Origin: Glycera tridactyla
Taxonomy: Eukaryota
Direction: 5' to 3'
DNA length: 64,000 nt
NCBI GenBank assembly: GCA_965644265.1
Contig: OZ286470.1
Location: 30,566,001-30,630,000, forward strand
Below the pieces are notes generated by a model. That model saw only the letters and a program-made list of their open reading frames with translations, did no database searches and was not told the origin of the DNA. The stretch's first letter is position 1. Each line of letters begins with the position of its first letter. Made by a program: the position numbers and the translations under genes. Of the stretch, positions 1 to 15,159 are shown one piece after another.

Positions 1-3000
1 GCAATAATCAGGGCTGAAATTCTATATGAGTGAGAATTGTAACTTATCTGAAATGTGCCCTGACTAAATTTGGTTAGGAAAACCGCTCTCCGATAGCATC
101 CCCTGGAAATGGGATCGACATATTCATCGTGATAAAGCTAGGGAAATATCTGCATAAAAAAGTATATGTACACAGAGTTTGGGCAATGGATCACTTTTAA
201 GGCGAATGTTTTTTAATGAGATGGTGGTGTGCAAGAATCGAAAAAATTGAAGGTGCACAAGATGGTGACCCCAAGAAAAGGTGTCTTGGATGGACATCTC
301 AATAAAACCTGGATTGTGGGTACAGGATGTTATCAATCAAACCAATCACTGCTTTCGGGTATTCGGCACTGCGGATGAAGTCATTTTTTCGTTCAATATT
401 TTTCAGCCTGTCTCTATTGTGAAGGGCTACCAATCATTTTGGGGACATCATCTACCTGATATCATACAATCCCTGTTTTTCATGCTGGTTTGTATCAATA
501 AGTCATCAATGGTTTTATATATGCTCTACTATGTGTCTACTACTATGTGTCTGAGAATTTTGACAGAAGCAACATCACAGTTCACCATACCATCGCTGCC
601 AATTTCCATGGATTGTGATCACATCACACGTCAAGCTGAACTTATGTCATATAGGTGCGAATCAATTGCCTCGAATAGTTCAGTGTGATATGACTGGATG
701 CTCACGTTTATCACGAATGTCCGCGATAGTTGGTAGCTTGGAAGCTAAAGCTGATGAGGATGGTAGCAATTTGCTCCAGTTCAGTTGAAGAGTCATGTTT
801 TTCTGAAAAAGATCAAACCCTAACAAAGCACTCTGCTCAAGCATGTTTCTGCAGATTGCTCGCACATTCACGCCTGACTTCCACTCTGGGTCCATGACTC
901 CCAAGTCTGTTCATCTCCAGTTCAAACACAGAATTTTTCTTTAACAACCCCACTCTTAGTCAGTGCATGCCCTCTCTATTCATGCCCAATGAAACAACAA
1001 CATTTGTTTATAACAGATAACAGATGTGCGATGAAAGGGATTATTTACATGCTCGAACCACAGGAAGATATCTATATCATGCGGGCTTGGGCTCCTGTTA
1101 TGAGATCACGTCAATAATATGTCAACAAGGGGATAGTGATAGTGCCGATAATATACGATACATACTCGTTTGTCAAGTTTCATTGGCCTGATTGCTATCG
1201 ATGAGCATGATGAGATTAGGTGAATTCCAAGAAGGAATTAGCTATCGGTTTCATTCGAATCCTACCTAGCGATATCTGACATAACTCTTGATTGGAAGGT
1301 CATTCAGCACGTTCATAGGCTGTTGTAGAGAAGGTTTACAGAGAGTATCTTGGGCGAGTAATTCATGTATGACTGACCGTGAATTGAATGATGATGTGAT
1401 GTTGTGAGTAGTGTAATTATTCACATACTGTCGTTTGTGTATTTATCTGCTCTCAATTCGAAATAGTTTAGGCCCATTCTGTGGTGAGAGCAACAGACAA
1501 TAACCATCTGTCTTCTATTATATGTTATCTGAAATCAATGATCGTTTTTCCGTCTTCATTTGGCATGACAGGATTGCCAGGAACTTTCGTCTCTATCCTC
1601 TTGTTTGGTTTGGAATTCTGCCATAGTCAGGCATACATTCTCACATCAATTCAATCTGGTTGCAAGAGCCTTCGTATCTCTATTGCCCCTAACGTTGTCA
1701 CCCTGCGGGGTTCCTAGGAAAAAACAGGCTACCGTTTCCCTACCTGTGATAAGAGACGACTAAGAGGGTATCCCAGAAATGACACCTTGAGTATCTTTGA
1801 TTTCATAAACTTCCATCTCAAGTTCCCTATCATGTCCATTCCATTGGCATCACAATATTGCCCAGATGTTGTGAACATGACGTTGAAGCAGGACCAGAAA
1901 ACCGACGTTGTTGGATCACATTCTCTGAAAAGTTTGTGTCTGATATTGACCTGTATGACGACGAGAATGTCTGTAGCAATTTATATTAGGCTTTATTCAG
2001 GTTCAGAGTCGTCGATTTGCTGCCTCTCCACCCCTCTATCAATTATGTCATCATAATTGACATCCAAAAGAATGGTAGTTAAGGCAAGTTGTCAAGCAGA
2101 GGATTCATTCATATGCCGTCAGTGTCGACGTAATGCATCCCTCTTGCCTCTTTTTAGCCCCCACCTTGCACACAGGTCGTGGGATACTAGGGCCGCAACG
2201 AGGCCCACTTGCTTGTGTGATGCCACTGTTGCCCGCAAAGTGCACCCATAACTGTAAAACTGGTTTGGAATTGTCAGTGCGTAATCTAATACAGTGGTTT
2301 CTCTGAACCTTATGCTTTTCTGAGTGCTGTGCTTTGCTCAAAAAAAGCATTGCTATCAAGCTCTAGTGTCAGCTTTCAACCAGTTTCATAGTTCGGTATG
2401 TCATCCTCAGGTTCCATGTACGCATGTGAATTTGATACAGACATGTCCATGCTGCCAGCTACATTCAGCCGTGCAGGTCTCCAATTACCCTGTGTTCAGG
2501 GTTTGTGAGAGTGGTGCCTCCATGGGTGAAAACAACTATCTCTAATTGACCAGTAACAATCCATGTATATTGCTGGGTATGGGTCTAATGGTCGTGCTTC
2601 ATTCGGAGTTTGTCTCTTTAGTGTGATGGCTTTCATTACACAAATTGTCATTCTTTCCTCGCGCTGGGTACTGGTGTCAATGTACCACACTCCTGGCAAG
2701 GCAAACAGACCATGAGACATTTCAAATGAAGATTGTGGTTGGTTAGATAGACCACGATACCGCTATGCCTGTTGTTCCATTTCCTTGTCACATTTAGATA
2801 CAGACATTCATAGACATTTATAGGTGCAATGTGAGGCAAGAAGTCGATTAAGACCATCTCAACCATTCTCAAATCTGCACAATATGCCTCTCTCACAGCC
2901 CTGATAGTAGGTTCGAGCAGTGGTTTTATTTTTGTCCATGTTTCTCGCCAAAGAGTCTTGAGAAGTCATACAAGTTCTATACAATTTGTCTCCCACTCTT

Positions 3001-6000
3001 ATAATAAACAATAGACGAAAAGTAAGTAATTTGCTTGTTATTCGAAATTTCCTCTGGAATATTTGGGAATTGAACAGGGATGAATGTGAACAGATGTACC
3101 TCTAGTTGAGTTGAACTCTGTTGACTATCGATTTTTTCCTTATCTGTCTACTACCTATAGAAATGAAGTTTGCCTATTAAGTTTTCCTGATTCATCAGCA
3201 GTATTGTTATCTGCATCGACTTCCGAAGAGGGATTATTCGCACTCTCTATATGGTCTCACAACAAATCAGAAGTTATTTGGTGGTCTATAGACGTTTGTA
3301 CTTGAGCAATAGACACACTTGATTGTGATCATGTTACCTTCACTCGAGAGAGAATCCTGTTCCACAGGTCTTGGAAGGTAGATTTGTCTTTTCGAGACAA
3401 AGGGTAACCTGTTTCTGAGAAAGTCATTACTCACAAAAGTTCCCGTACATATTTGCATCAATACTCATCAAATGTTTGTCAGTGTACACGGATTTCAAAA
3501 TGTCCATATGATACACCATCTTCACTTGGAAATTCACAAAAAAATTCCCTTTTTTTCTCCTATCATTTTCGGTTGTTTTCATTGTACGACATTCTTGTGC
3601 TGAGTGTGTGAGGGGGGAATGGCGGTTGGGATGGAGTGTGATTATGTGAGGACGTCTTTGTTTGGTTCAACGAGTTTCTGATTTATATGTGCACCCATCC
3701 ATGAAGAACAGTATATCTCATCGAATCTACCGCGATATCACACCAAAACATTCTGAAATATAAATCCATATCATGATGATGATTGCAACCATTATCGCAA
3801 TACCTATAGGTGCAGATGGTCTGCTAACATGACACACTCATATCGCCTCTACTACGTTTGTCAACTGTATATCCAGGGGTATGACATGTGCGTGGGCTGG
3901 GGGTGAGGGGTGGTTAAAATAGCATCAGCCTTACAACAATTGCACAATTCAATGTTGTATCTGAAAATAAATGACGATAGCATGTATTTTGTCTGATGGA
4001 AATGGTTCCATCAATTTCTGAGCAAATGCTAAGTATTGATTTACAGGATATATGATTTTCCTTATCAGCTAAGTAAAACATCGTTGATCCACCGAAGTGG
4101 ATGGTGTGATCAATCATCACTAATGACGCGTGCATGAGTAACCTCATCATTTGTTTGCGCTGTGAGTAGTTGAATCAATCGATTGATCATTGTTCCAATA
4201 TAGCAGATGGTATCTACATCGAAATATAGTGTAGCTACACACGTCATTTGTTACTCTAACTTCAGCAAAGAGTCGGGCAAACATCATACAGACCTGAAAT
4301 GAGTGTTTTCGACTTTCATGATTTCACATATCTTTTGGAATCCAGACTAGCAAATTTCGCCCATGCTAACTGCTTTGCCGTCACAGAAAATAGTCACAAC
4401 GTGGATTCGGGATAAAAGAGGATTCGTTGAATATGAGACATCCAACTCAAGATCATCCTTTTTCGTTGGATGCAAGATGGTCGTCATCACATTTGAAAAC
4501 GAAAGAAAATGGATATGTCATGCCTTGAATTTGAATGATATGAGATCTTCTAGCAAGATTATGGGCATGGCTCATTACTCGCTGTTCGTATCCAGTAGAA
4601 AATTTGCACTTAAATCTCACCACTATTGAAAATTATGTGTATTTTGTGCAAACATAATGTGAAAATCCAACTCACAGAGTTGAAATAAACATGATGGTCC
4701 GTGGTTTGGAAATTAAGGGTCATATACTAAATAAATTGTCTGAGATTACCCACTTCACGCCATGTGTAAATTTTGTAGACACAGCGTTTAACTAGCTGAC
4801 AATAGCTTTGATCTGTAAGTGGCGGTGGTTATTGGGTACATGCTGAGTTTTAAGTCATCTGGAATACCCCTACTGCTCTTGGAACACTCTGTGGAGATCC
4901 GCAGTCAGGCTGCAGGCCGGAAATGCACTAGGTCTTCTCCAACTATTGCGGGGGTGTCCCGGCCCGGGTTCAAATGACATTGAAAGGTCAAGCATAGGCC
5001 ACCCGCATGTTGATCGAGACATGAGTAGCAGAACCTTGAAAAACACATCCATCCATCAGTGCCTCTATGAGAAATACGATGGTGACGTAATGTAGAGTAA
5101 TGTTGCGTCAGAGGTGGAATTTTTCCATATTTGTTAGAAGTGTTTCAAGAAATACTCGAGAATATAGACCCTCTCGGGTACTTTGGTTTTTCAGAATCTA
5201 GACGGGTCCATTGATAATCTGTTTCGAGAGCGCACAATATTTTACATGAGATGACTTCATAATTCCGAGGACATCCATCCAATCAATCTGATATCACCAC
5301 ATATCATCAAAATGATAGTTTTATGCTCCATCTTGATGATGATTTTTCAAGTTTGCAGCCTCCAATTTCATCTGAATGAGATCATGTTCCGATCATGCCT
5401 GACACAGGAATTCAGTATTGGACCAAAAGATAGATAGATATTACTTTATTTCTTGTCGTCGGGTGGAATACAGCATGACAAGTCAATATACAATAAATGC
5501 TCGTACCACAACACAACACAATTACCCCTAATTGGGGCTTCTCCAGGTCGACAATGCCGGATGTGTATTGTCAAACCAGAGAAGTTTGATTCCATATTCG
5601 AGGAGAAACGGAAATATAGATCGATGAATCTGATTATCGTGGCAGACAATCGGATCCTCGTTTGATTTTTGAAAACTCTAAAGAACTGTTGATAAATAAA
5701 GTGAGCTACAGCAGCGGTCACTTCAGCTTGCCCACTGAAAGTCTCAGCCATTCCCTCTACACATATCTGGACCACATCTATGACTCGCAGTTATCAACTT
5801 CTAGTCTTGAACTACAGGTGCCTCGGTGCCATAGAAGTGTGCGGATAGTGAAACACCGCCCAGGTCAATCCTCAAATATGAATATTGAACTATCTGCAGG
5901 AAAAAAGATAGAGGATAGAGTCCATCGGGTCTTCATAGCACTCACTAAATGCCTTTACATCTGGCTCGTATGTTTGAAATCAGGGAGTGGAGGAGCTGGT

Positions 6001-6819
6001 GCCTCAACAACAGGGGAAAGAGGCACATCGCCATTAGGAAAATTCCCCACAAGTTCCTTACGATATGGTACATTTGCCTCGAAAAAACTTGAGATAATTG
6101 TATTCCATTGTAATTATATCAAAGAGCTTAAGTAAAGTTTGTTCAATGTTCATTTCTATATTTCATCTGGAGTAGGTTTTGAGAAGAAGATGGAGTAATG
6201 TAGAATTAGCTACGTTATGTAAGATTACCAAATCCTACTCTAAAAAGGACTGTTCCAGTCTGTTTAGCAACAAATAATGGGTCCACATATATATCCACGG
6301 TTGTGTTTGTCAGGGAACGGCAATTCCTAGTATGTACAGAGCTATAGTAGGATGGCTCGAACGATTGCCATGTCCCGAATAGACTTTCACTTGCAGTTGG
6401 CAATCAAATTGTATTGGGAGTGAAGAATGGTTCGTTTTCATGATGATTCTGTATGATGTTGAGTTGAGGGTTATCTTATGATCTATTGCTGCCTTCATTG
6501 GCGAGTCATAGTACTGCAAACGTTGTGGCTTTGGAATCAGCATTATATGTGAATTTGCCACAGGTTGGCATCTTGCCCAATCCTTGCCACAAGTAGGAGG
6601 CTATGTCTACTTTCAGAAAATTCTGAATATATATGGACACCTTAGCTCCTCATGTCTTTAATGCAGATTTCAATAGTGTCAAAGCTAGGAATCCAATATA
6701 TGATGCATCTAGTATTTGGAAAGAGTATCTATCATTACAAAAAAATGAATGCCATAAATGGATTGGTCTAATGTGAAACTTTACAGTGAGACATATTTCA
6801 GAACAAACACCATGACAAT

Positions 6820-7227
6820 GGTTGCCATGGCAACCAGGCTACTTCTATTTTAATGAAAAATCACACATTTCGACCTGGTGCCATGCTTCCTGCATAGAAA
6901 CTCTCTGAATGATAATTCCTTTCCATAAAGAAACATTTTCCATGCAACATTAAAGATGTAACTTTTCCATTTTTTGATCTTTTTCATCAGGATTTGACTT
7001 TAAAGTCAGAGAGATCGCGAAAAATGCAATTTTTGGGAAATTCGATTCGAAATATGGTCATGAAAATAATGGATCTAGAAAAGTTACATGTCTCATATGA
7101 TCATGGTAAACCCCTTCAACTAATTCAAAACTATATCAATTCTGTAAATATCCCCAAGACATGGCGCTAGGGACATGTATGAAATGATGAGATGAAATTC
7201 CTGGTTTCCATGGTTGCCATGGCAAAC
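6820..7227. mobile_element. Foldback (imperfect palindromic) non-autonomous element, copy A, with X-box-like palindromes at both ends
   Basis: GGTTGCCATGGCAACC at 6820-6835 and GTTGCCATGGCAAA at 7213-7226. Nested inverted arms: ATGTAACTTTTC 6956-6967 / GAAAAGTTACAT 7078-7089 (12/12) and TGGTGCCATG 6876-6885 / CATGGCGCTA 7160-7169. True outer boundaries not determined. Confidence 0.55.
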
Positions 7228-10200
7228 ATAGTGATGGTGTTGATGTCAAAATGCAAATCGAATTGAAGGTAGAGTTCTTTCCTCCATCTATGATAACATT
7301 TATTTTGGGTCGGTGGAATTTATCTTGTTCGAAAATTCGATATAGTAATAGGTGTTGGATTCACAATTAAACATAACAAAATCTGCATTAACGACATGAG
7401 TCTGCCTCAGCCTCACCATGGCTTCCGTTTTTGCACAACCTTTGTTAAGAGAGAGGGGAGGGGAGGAGGGTTTTGAAGAATGGCCAAAGTTATGCCCTGT
7501 ATTTGTTCCCCCAGTCATCACCGAAATATTATCTTGACTGATATAGACATATGTGATAATTTTTATAGTATTTATGTATGCTCGGCAGCAGCATCTGGGA
7601 TATGTGAGCAGCAAAGTCTTCCAAAGGGCTATGTAATGATGGCATTGATACTGGAAGCTATCAAATTGTTGTATGTCCCTCGAGGCCCAGGTCCATCTGT
7701 CGTAGGTGGGATGCAAATTTCGAGTAATCGACTCTCAATATTTTACGTCTCTGCATCGCAAATTTCCATCAGAGAAATGAATATATATCATACATGCAGT
7801 AAACATTCACAAAATGAAGTACAACATTGGAAAGGATGAACATTGGAGAAGCAACAAACACATTGTGAATCAATAGGCTGCAATCTCGGTGACCGAAATC
7901 ATGAATTTGTACGAAAAAGATGTGATCAGCCATAATATACGCATTATTGGATACCAATTTCATGGTATTGGGATTATTTCATCGGGTTACATGAGGACTT
8001 AGATCTTTTTTCAGCTTTCGTGCTAGTACCATTAATGGTTTAGAGACTGAATGAAACAGAGTAGGTTACTGGAATCACAATTCGAATACATCAGTGGTCA
8101 CAATCAAGAGTGAACTCATATACAGATGCTATGTCATCACTGAATACTCAATGAATATAGAACTCTTGTCCAATGTCACAATCATGATAGCAGTTAGCTA
8201 TGCTGGATATTCACACTTACAGCGGTTCTTTGGCAAAAAACTTCTTAAAGCTAACTCTTCAGAACTGGCAGAAAACATCATTCGATGCGAGGGATCAAAG
8301 ACTAACTCCATCCGGAATGTATTGTTGAGCAGATGCCGACAGTTTTTGCATTGATTTGATGGATTATCACGGCCCGCCTAATCCAATGACTACTGTAGTC
8401 GTAGGCCAGAATTTCGATTTGCCACATGATCCCGGAATACGCTAGTGTTGGCGACTCCGCGTGAGAAATTGGCTACTAAGATAGACCAGGTGTTGACCAT
8501 TTCTCCAACCCTATAAAATTGATGAAGTGTATTTGTATGATCCAATCCTCTATACACTTCAAGACAGGTTACTATTGTTTCGAACAATTTGATACCGCAC
8601 AATGACGGTGGTGTAAGGTATGATATCCATCTAGTCGAATACAGCATTCAAAACGTTCATAGAGAAAGGCCAAATATGGATGGTTTCTTATTGTTTCACT
8701 TCACTACAAACATTCTCATCCCAAGTGTCATTGAATGTCAGCACTCAGGAATGCATGGATGAGTGATGTCGTTCTTCAGCGAATATATCGATATAGAATA
8801 TAAGGATTAATTCACCATGAATGAGAGAATGTGAGAATACCGTACATTGTGATAAACGTGTATCGAGATTGGGTGTTCCTGTGATTCCTATATGATTTCG
8901 TTCCGATTAAGGGCAAAATATATGAGTATATATGTACGTATGATGATAATATATGATTCTGAAGATGTGATCAGTATCTTTGCAAACGTTCAGAGTTGTG
9001 TTCTTGACCTTCCTTGGAGGGTAATCTAGGACAACCAACAGTCATTCGCCTATGGCCATTGTGCTCGGGTTCGCAGATGATAGTTTTCTGAATAGTGTGA
9101 TATCCATCGAAAATAAATATTTGAGATTTTTCAAGAATAATACAAATGATTGGTGGGATCTATTCAGCTAGAAGTAGGACAGGTGAATCATCCTGATCAT
9201 AATTTACCAGAAATAACTAATCAAATGTCTGCGAGTTCTATCCATGTTCACCCTCCGTTGAAAACCAAGAGAGAGGGGGTTACATGAGCATCGCAATATA
9301 GCACATATATTGCTGATGTGGAGTTGATTGAGAGTGAGCAGCCAGACTATATAATGAAACACCCATACTGAGTATCTCAGAGGCACGTACTGAAAAGGGG
9401 AAGAATACATATTTGCGATTCATGATTCATAAGGCAATCCGGCACACTTGCAGTATGTTACCCGAGTATGTCCTCTGAGTCAGTGTGTCATGTGGCATAT
9501 ACCGTGTATCATGTCGACTGAGATAAACAGTATCTTGTGAAAAATCACTCTAGATTACGACAATCCGTGTATAGAAACAGCAAGCAGCAATTGTGATGCC
9601 ACAACGCATAAGAATCTCGTCCCTGTCCCATAGCCTGACATAACTGGTAATCAGTTATAAGATACTGGCAGTGTGGATGTTCTACTCAACTACCCTCCAG
9701 CTCTTGCAGATTTGGCTGACGTCGTCGAACCTGAACTGTATTAATATACGTGTGGTAGCTACCTTGCCCGCTGAAATAGTCAGGAGTGTTTGCTCAGGGA
9801 CATCAAGTAGAGTCTGACCGCCAGAAATACTCTGTCAAATCCTACATGTCTGTTTGAAGTGGAACATGTCTCCACTTCCAGACTGATTACAAGATTTTCA
9901 TCTACAGAAGTAGTTCTCTTGGAATATATACGTTCATAATTGGTTCATGATCAGTGATCTTAGTCGAGACTAGATACTCTTATCTCAAACTATTTGATAC
10001 CACAAAAGGACAGAGTAGTGAGCTTCAGTATTTGACTTGTTGAAGACTTAATTCATCGAGTTGAAAAAGAGAAAAAGCCACATATAAACTGATTTCGCCC
10101 TATTCAATCTACTGTCGAAATACTCATTGCAATTGATGAGCGATGTCTATTGCTCTATTTGTCTATCGGTCAGAAACTGATTCAGGTCAAGATATGGTAG

Positions 10201-10473
10201 TTCATTTATTTCGATTGAGAGATCAGTAAATATCGCAAATGGCAAAGAACTTGCTCTCACTGAGATTGAGTGTTGGTGACTTTCGTATAGTCATGTTCTG
10301 ATTGGAGATCTGAAGGAAGGATTTCCACATGATGTGATTCAACCCCATCATCGAAAAGTTCAAACATAACTCAGCAGTTGTTCACAGAATGTTGAGCCAC
10401 CAACTCTACCAACTGCTTATACGTGATTAATGCAAATGATTTGAAGATGGTGGATAGATTCGCAATCATAGTA

Positions 10474-10662
10474 AAGTCGAACCTGCTCTGAAGACCACCT
10501 CTCTATAAAGACCACTTCTCTGTAGAAACCACCTGAGCTGCGACCGTGGTAGTATTTTCAACAGTGAGTGACCTGTCTATAAAGACCACCTGCTCATGAA
10601 GGCCACTTTTTGATGCGACCAAAGGTGGTCTTTATGGACAGGTTTATGAACAGGTTTGACTG
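10474..10662. mobile_element. Tc1/mariner (pogo/Tigger-type) MITE, ~190 bp
   Basis: Left end TA|AAGTCGAACCTG and right end CAGGTTTGACTG|TA are imperfect terminal inverted repeats with a TA target duplication. Internal AAAGACCACC sub-repeats have an inverted GGTGGTCTTT copy. Confidence 0.6.
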
Positions 10663-10760
10663 TAGTTATCTTGATCTCTTCCAGAGGTCAATCAAGTACA
10701 ACCACTTTGATTGTCATCAGTAGTCATGAAAATGACTGGGGTCTTAGTTGATTTTATTCT

Positions 10761-11551
10761 GAATCGCGTGAGATATATTGGCCGTGAACACTAGATGTTT
10801 CTCCGAAATAATACACATCAATGACGATTGTCTCGATCTGTTCAACAAGGAGTAGGACGGGTGAATCTTGCATATTGATTCGTGTACGTGTGAATCGCGT
10901 GAGATATATTGACAGTGAACACTTGATGTTTCTGCGAAATGATACACATCAATGATGATTGTCTTGATCTGTTGAACAAGGAGTAGGACAGGTGAATCTT
11001 GCATACTGATTCGTGTACGTGTGAATCGCATGAGATACATCGACAGTGAACACTTGATGTTTGAGTGAAATGATACACATCAATGATGATTGTCTTGATC
11101 TGTTGAACAAGGAGTAGGACAGGTGAATCTTGCATACTGATTCGTGTACGTGTGAATCGCGTGAGATATATCGACAGGGAACACTAGATGTTTCTCCGAA
11201 ATGATACAAGTCAATGGTGATTGTCTTGATCTGTTTAACAAGGAGTAGGACGGGTGAATCTTCATGCATACCGATCCGTGTACGTATGAATCGCGTGAGA
11301 TATATTGACAGTGAACACTTGATGTTTCTGCGAAATGATACACATCAATGATGATCGTCTTGATCTGTTGAACAAGGAGTAGGATGGGTGAATCTTGCAT
11401 ACTGATTCGTGTACGTGTGAATCGGGTGAGATATATTGACAGTGATAACTTGATGTTTCTGTGAAATGATACACATCAATGATGATTGTCTTGATCTGTT
11501 GAAAGAGGAGTAGGACGGGTGAATCTTCATGCATACTGATTCGTGTACGTG
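10761..11551. repeat. Tandem satellite array, 131-bp unit, about 6 copies
   Basis: Unit starts (GTGAACAC-like) at 10784, 10915, 11046, 11177, 11311 and 11442. The unit is not a multiple of 3, so the overlapping minus-strand ORFs are artefacts. Confidence 0.95.
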
Positions 11552-14500
11552 TCGGCTTATCAATTTGTTGTGATTGCTTGACATTATCCCGAACTACCTT
11601 TGCATGATGGGTTATATTCGTTGAGGGGATAATCCTACAAATGCATCCATTCAGCTTTTTCCACATTGTTCAAGTGGATGTGTGTTGAATAAAGAGGGAC
11701 GGAGATCTCTCACCCGCAGCCCTCAAGAGTGAGCAAAACAGATCTTGTGGGAAGTAATCAATACTGTAATCCTCCCAAAATGTATCACACTCCATGTTTT
11801 TGAGCATGAACAGCAATAAATGCGTCACCATCATCATCATCATGTCCGCACTCGCTTGGCAAATTGTAATATACCATTTTCTTACATTCACTTGATGGAA
11901 TCACGAAAACCCAGAACCATTTAGTCGTTGTGATTATGAATATCATTGTCTTTCAATGGAAGGCTACAGCCATTAAATTCAAATACGTCATTTTTGACTT
12001 CACAACATGAATCATGATTTGCGGACCTACACATTGCATATTTTATCGTAATTTGCACAACGTTTGTCAAAAATCCCACTCCAAATTATCTCTTCTCGGC
12101 CCTTTGTGCTTCCTAACATTAATTTGATGAATGATTCATAAGCATATTCGTCACAAATTCACCTGTCATGCTATGGACAGCTCAGCAATCTTACCCCGAG
12201 TGTCTGTGAAAATTATGAATTCTCGCCTTCTGTTATGGACCTGAAGGAGGAAGCTTGAATGATCCCACTCATGCCTATCGCATGGGCGTCACAATATAGA
12301 ACAAATTGAGATGATGTGACCTCAAACCCCAAACTTTCAAACATGTATTCCTTGGACGTGCCCACCGATCAGAATGAATCTTTGATGGTCACAGCAAATT
12401 GAAATACACAAATATTTATCGATGCAACAATACATCGCTATTGCAGTGCACACTAATCCATCATGAGCCAAATGAAAATGATCAGACCAGTATCAAGTAT
12501 CAGACCGAGAGAATATGCACAAGTGCATGCTCAAAATGACAGATGAAAAAGGGGCATTTCCCATGGGACCCAAACATTTCAATGTTGATCTGATCCTGCC
12601 CAAATACGCTGCTGAAATATTCCTACAGGTCAACATCATTCATTCTGTGAGTTTCAAAAATGATCTGGTGAGTTTTGAGTGCAATATGTCATGCTCCTGT
12701 TGTTTGAAACATGCAAATTCTGCGATGTTGGGTACCGTGTGTCCAGGGCAAGTTCATGCTTAGAACAGGTCAATCATTATTTTGGTGGGCTGATCAGGAA
12801 TCTGCTGCTCAGCACAAGGCTTAGGTCAGGATTGACTGTTTGTGTGAGATTCATAATATTTCTACTTTCAGTTATGGACCAAGAAGTAGAAACATTTGAA
12901 TGGGGCCACCCATATCGATCACATGGGCGTCTCTACATATGATGTACTTTTTTACAATCAATTGTGCAAATCACTATAAGATAAAGTTTACAAACAAACA
13001 AACATAGCCCAGTTGGGACTCTCGAGATGGGAATCAACCATCCAACCAACGATGCAACTTGCACTATTTGGTATGCAGGCTTTTTTGATGAGTGAAGATG
13101 AAAAGCTTGTGTTTTTTTCTTTTCTAAGTATACTGCACTACGTGTCTGTAGTTGCTGGTTTTTGTTGGCGATTTTGTAATTCCTTCACACAAGATCCATC
13201 ACTGTCTCAGAGTCGATCGACAGGGATTCCTCCGAGCTGCAAGCAAGTCGTAGGCCTAGCTAAATTTGTTATGTCCTAAAAGAACCATAATTGAATGTTC
13301 TCATCTCGCATGAATGACCATATTGACCTCGCTTGATCATATCAGTGGAATTCTAATATACCATTCAATAGAGTATTCAATTCTATGAATGCAGTTTTCT
13401 TACCCACTCATTCATCTGATACAATACTCATATGACATTTACATGAAGAGGGGCAGTGAGTCCTGGAGTTGTTATTATATCATCATTATCATCATCAACT
13501 TCATCACCATCATCATCTTGTGATGTGCTATTGTGGTAAGGTGTCATCTTTCACAGCCATTATATCACGTGCACCGATATCGCTACGATAATGGATTTGT
13601 ATACTTGATTGCCACGGCAGAGATGGATTACCAGGTTGACGTAGCAGATTCCGTTCGAGTCGAGAGCTGATGAATTATTCACGCTTCTGATATTCTCTGC
13701 ATATTAGCTCATCAAACAATCTGTGACAGAATTGTACAGTTCAGGAGGTATTGCCCATCCGCGGTGAGATAATATATCAAAGAAACGTATATTGTCTTCT
13801 TCAGACATATGCAATACTTCATCATTACGATTACAAGATAGCATGGCTAGTATTCATTTATAACATCACACAGATACTGAGAATGACAAAAAGACAGTGG
13901 GTGATTTTTTCAAGCCATAATGAGTCTTGCACCCGAGAGAACACATTGCTTCCCCTAGGGACCATCTGGAACATAAGTGTGGGATTCTATTGTTCTACAT
14001 ATCGCTCAGCCTCACGCTATTCCAAAACTCAATCGTTCCTCACTAGAAGGCAGGTTATTCATCCGGAAATATCTGAGTTTCAAGATATCAGGGCTTTGAC
14101 ATGAAGACTCATGAATTCATTGCAGAGAGTTCATGATTCAGCCAATCACAATTTCAGGATGTCATCACAACCAGAATGCTTCAAACAGAATTGGTTAATG
14201 GTGATTGATAGTCTGTTTATTGATTCTGGATGGAAACAGACATAACGAGTGACCCTTGGGAAATATTAGCACAATCAAATTACTTGTTCTCAGTGACATT
14301 TGACGTGAACAATGCATCGAGAACATTTGGGGGAAATTATTGGTTGAGAAACGCTCCTTCGGGAAATATCCAATTGCAACAAAACAAGTAAGGGCATATA
14401 CTGATACGTGATATGGGTCCATGTGTACTGGTCACAGCGGCTTGCTAACAAATTGGTCCGTTTGAATGGTCTTTGGTCGTTCGCCTCCTCATTAAATCAT

Positions 14501-14770
14501 GTAATATCATAGGCATCTGTATGCAGGGACATGTGGACAGCGATCTGAAGGGCAATTCATCCTATCTATAGCAGTTATGCCACCCTCAGAAAATCAACCA
14601 TCTCATCTTCCAAACACTTGACCACTAATAACACCCCACCTGCTATATCGACAGTAGTAATGTAACTATTCTCAATCCATGATTCTATTCTGAGACATCA
14701 ACAAACGGAGCATTCATCTACTATATAAATCAGAGCGCCAGGTTGGTGAGGGAACAGAAACAAAATAGAG

Positions 14771-15106
14771 NNNNNNNNNNNNNNNNNNNNNNNNNNNNNN
14801 NNNNNNNNNNNNNNNNNNNNNNNNNNNNNNNNNNNNNNNNNNNNNNNNNNNNNNNNNNNNNNNNNNNNNNNNNNNNNNNNNNNNNNNNNNNNNNNNNNNN
14901 NNNNNNNNNNNNNNNNNNNNNNNNNNNNNNNNNNNNNNNNNNNNNNNNNNNNNNNNNNNNNNNNNNNNNNNNNNNNNNNNNNNNNNNNNNNNNNNNNNNN
15001 NNNNNNNNNNNNNNNNNNNNNNNNNNNNNNNNNNNNNNNNNNNNNNNNNNNNNNNNNNNNNNNNNNNNNNNNNNNNNNNNNNNNNNNNNNNNNNNNNNNN
15101 NNNNNN
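14771..15106. other. Assembly gap / masked run (others at 27383-27518, 38983-39321, 46773-47025, 49338-49561, 50009-50373, 63654-63811)
   Basis: Runs of N. Most abut simple repeats (AG, GACA, GCA, GAT). Confidence 0.99.
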
Positions 15107-15159
15107 TATACAAGCGACTCGACAGAGGATGAGAATCAGTGCCGTGGTTCATATCCCAC

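Noticed and set aside
10744-11666. Repetitive minus-strand ORFs of 80-134 aa
   Set aside because: They arise from a 131-bp unit (not divisible by 3) and cycle through frames.
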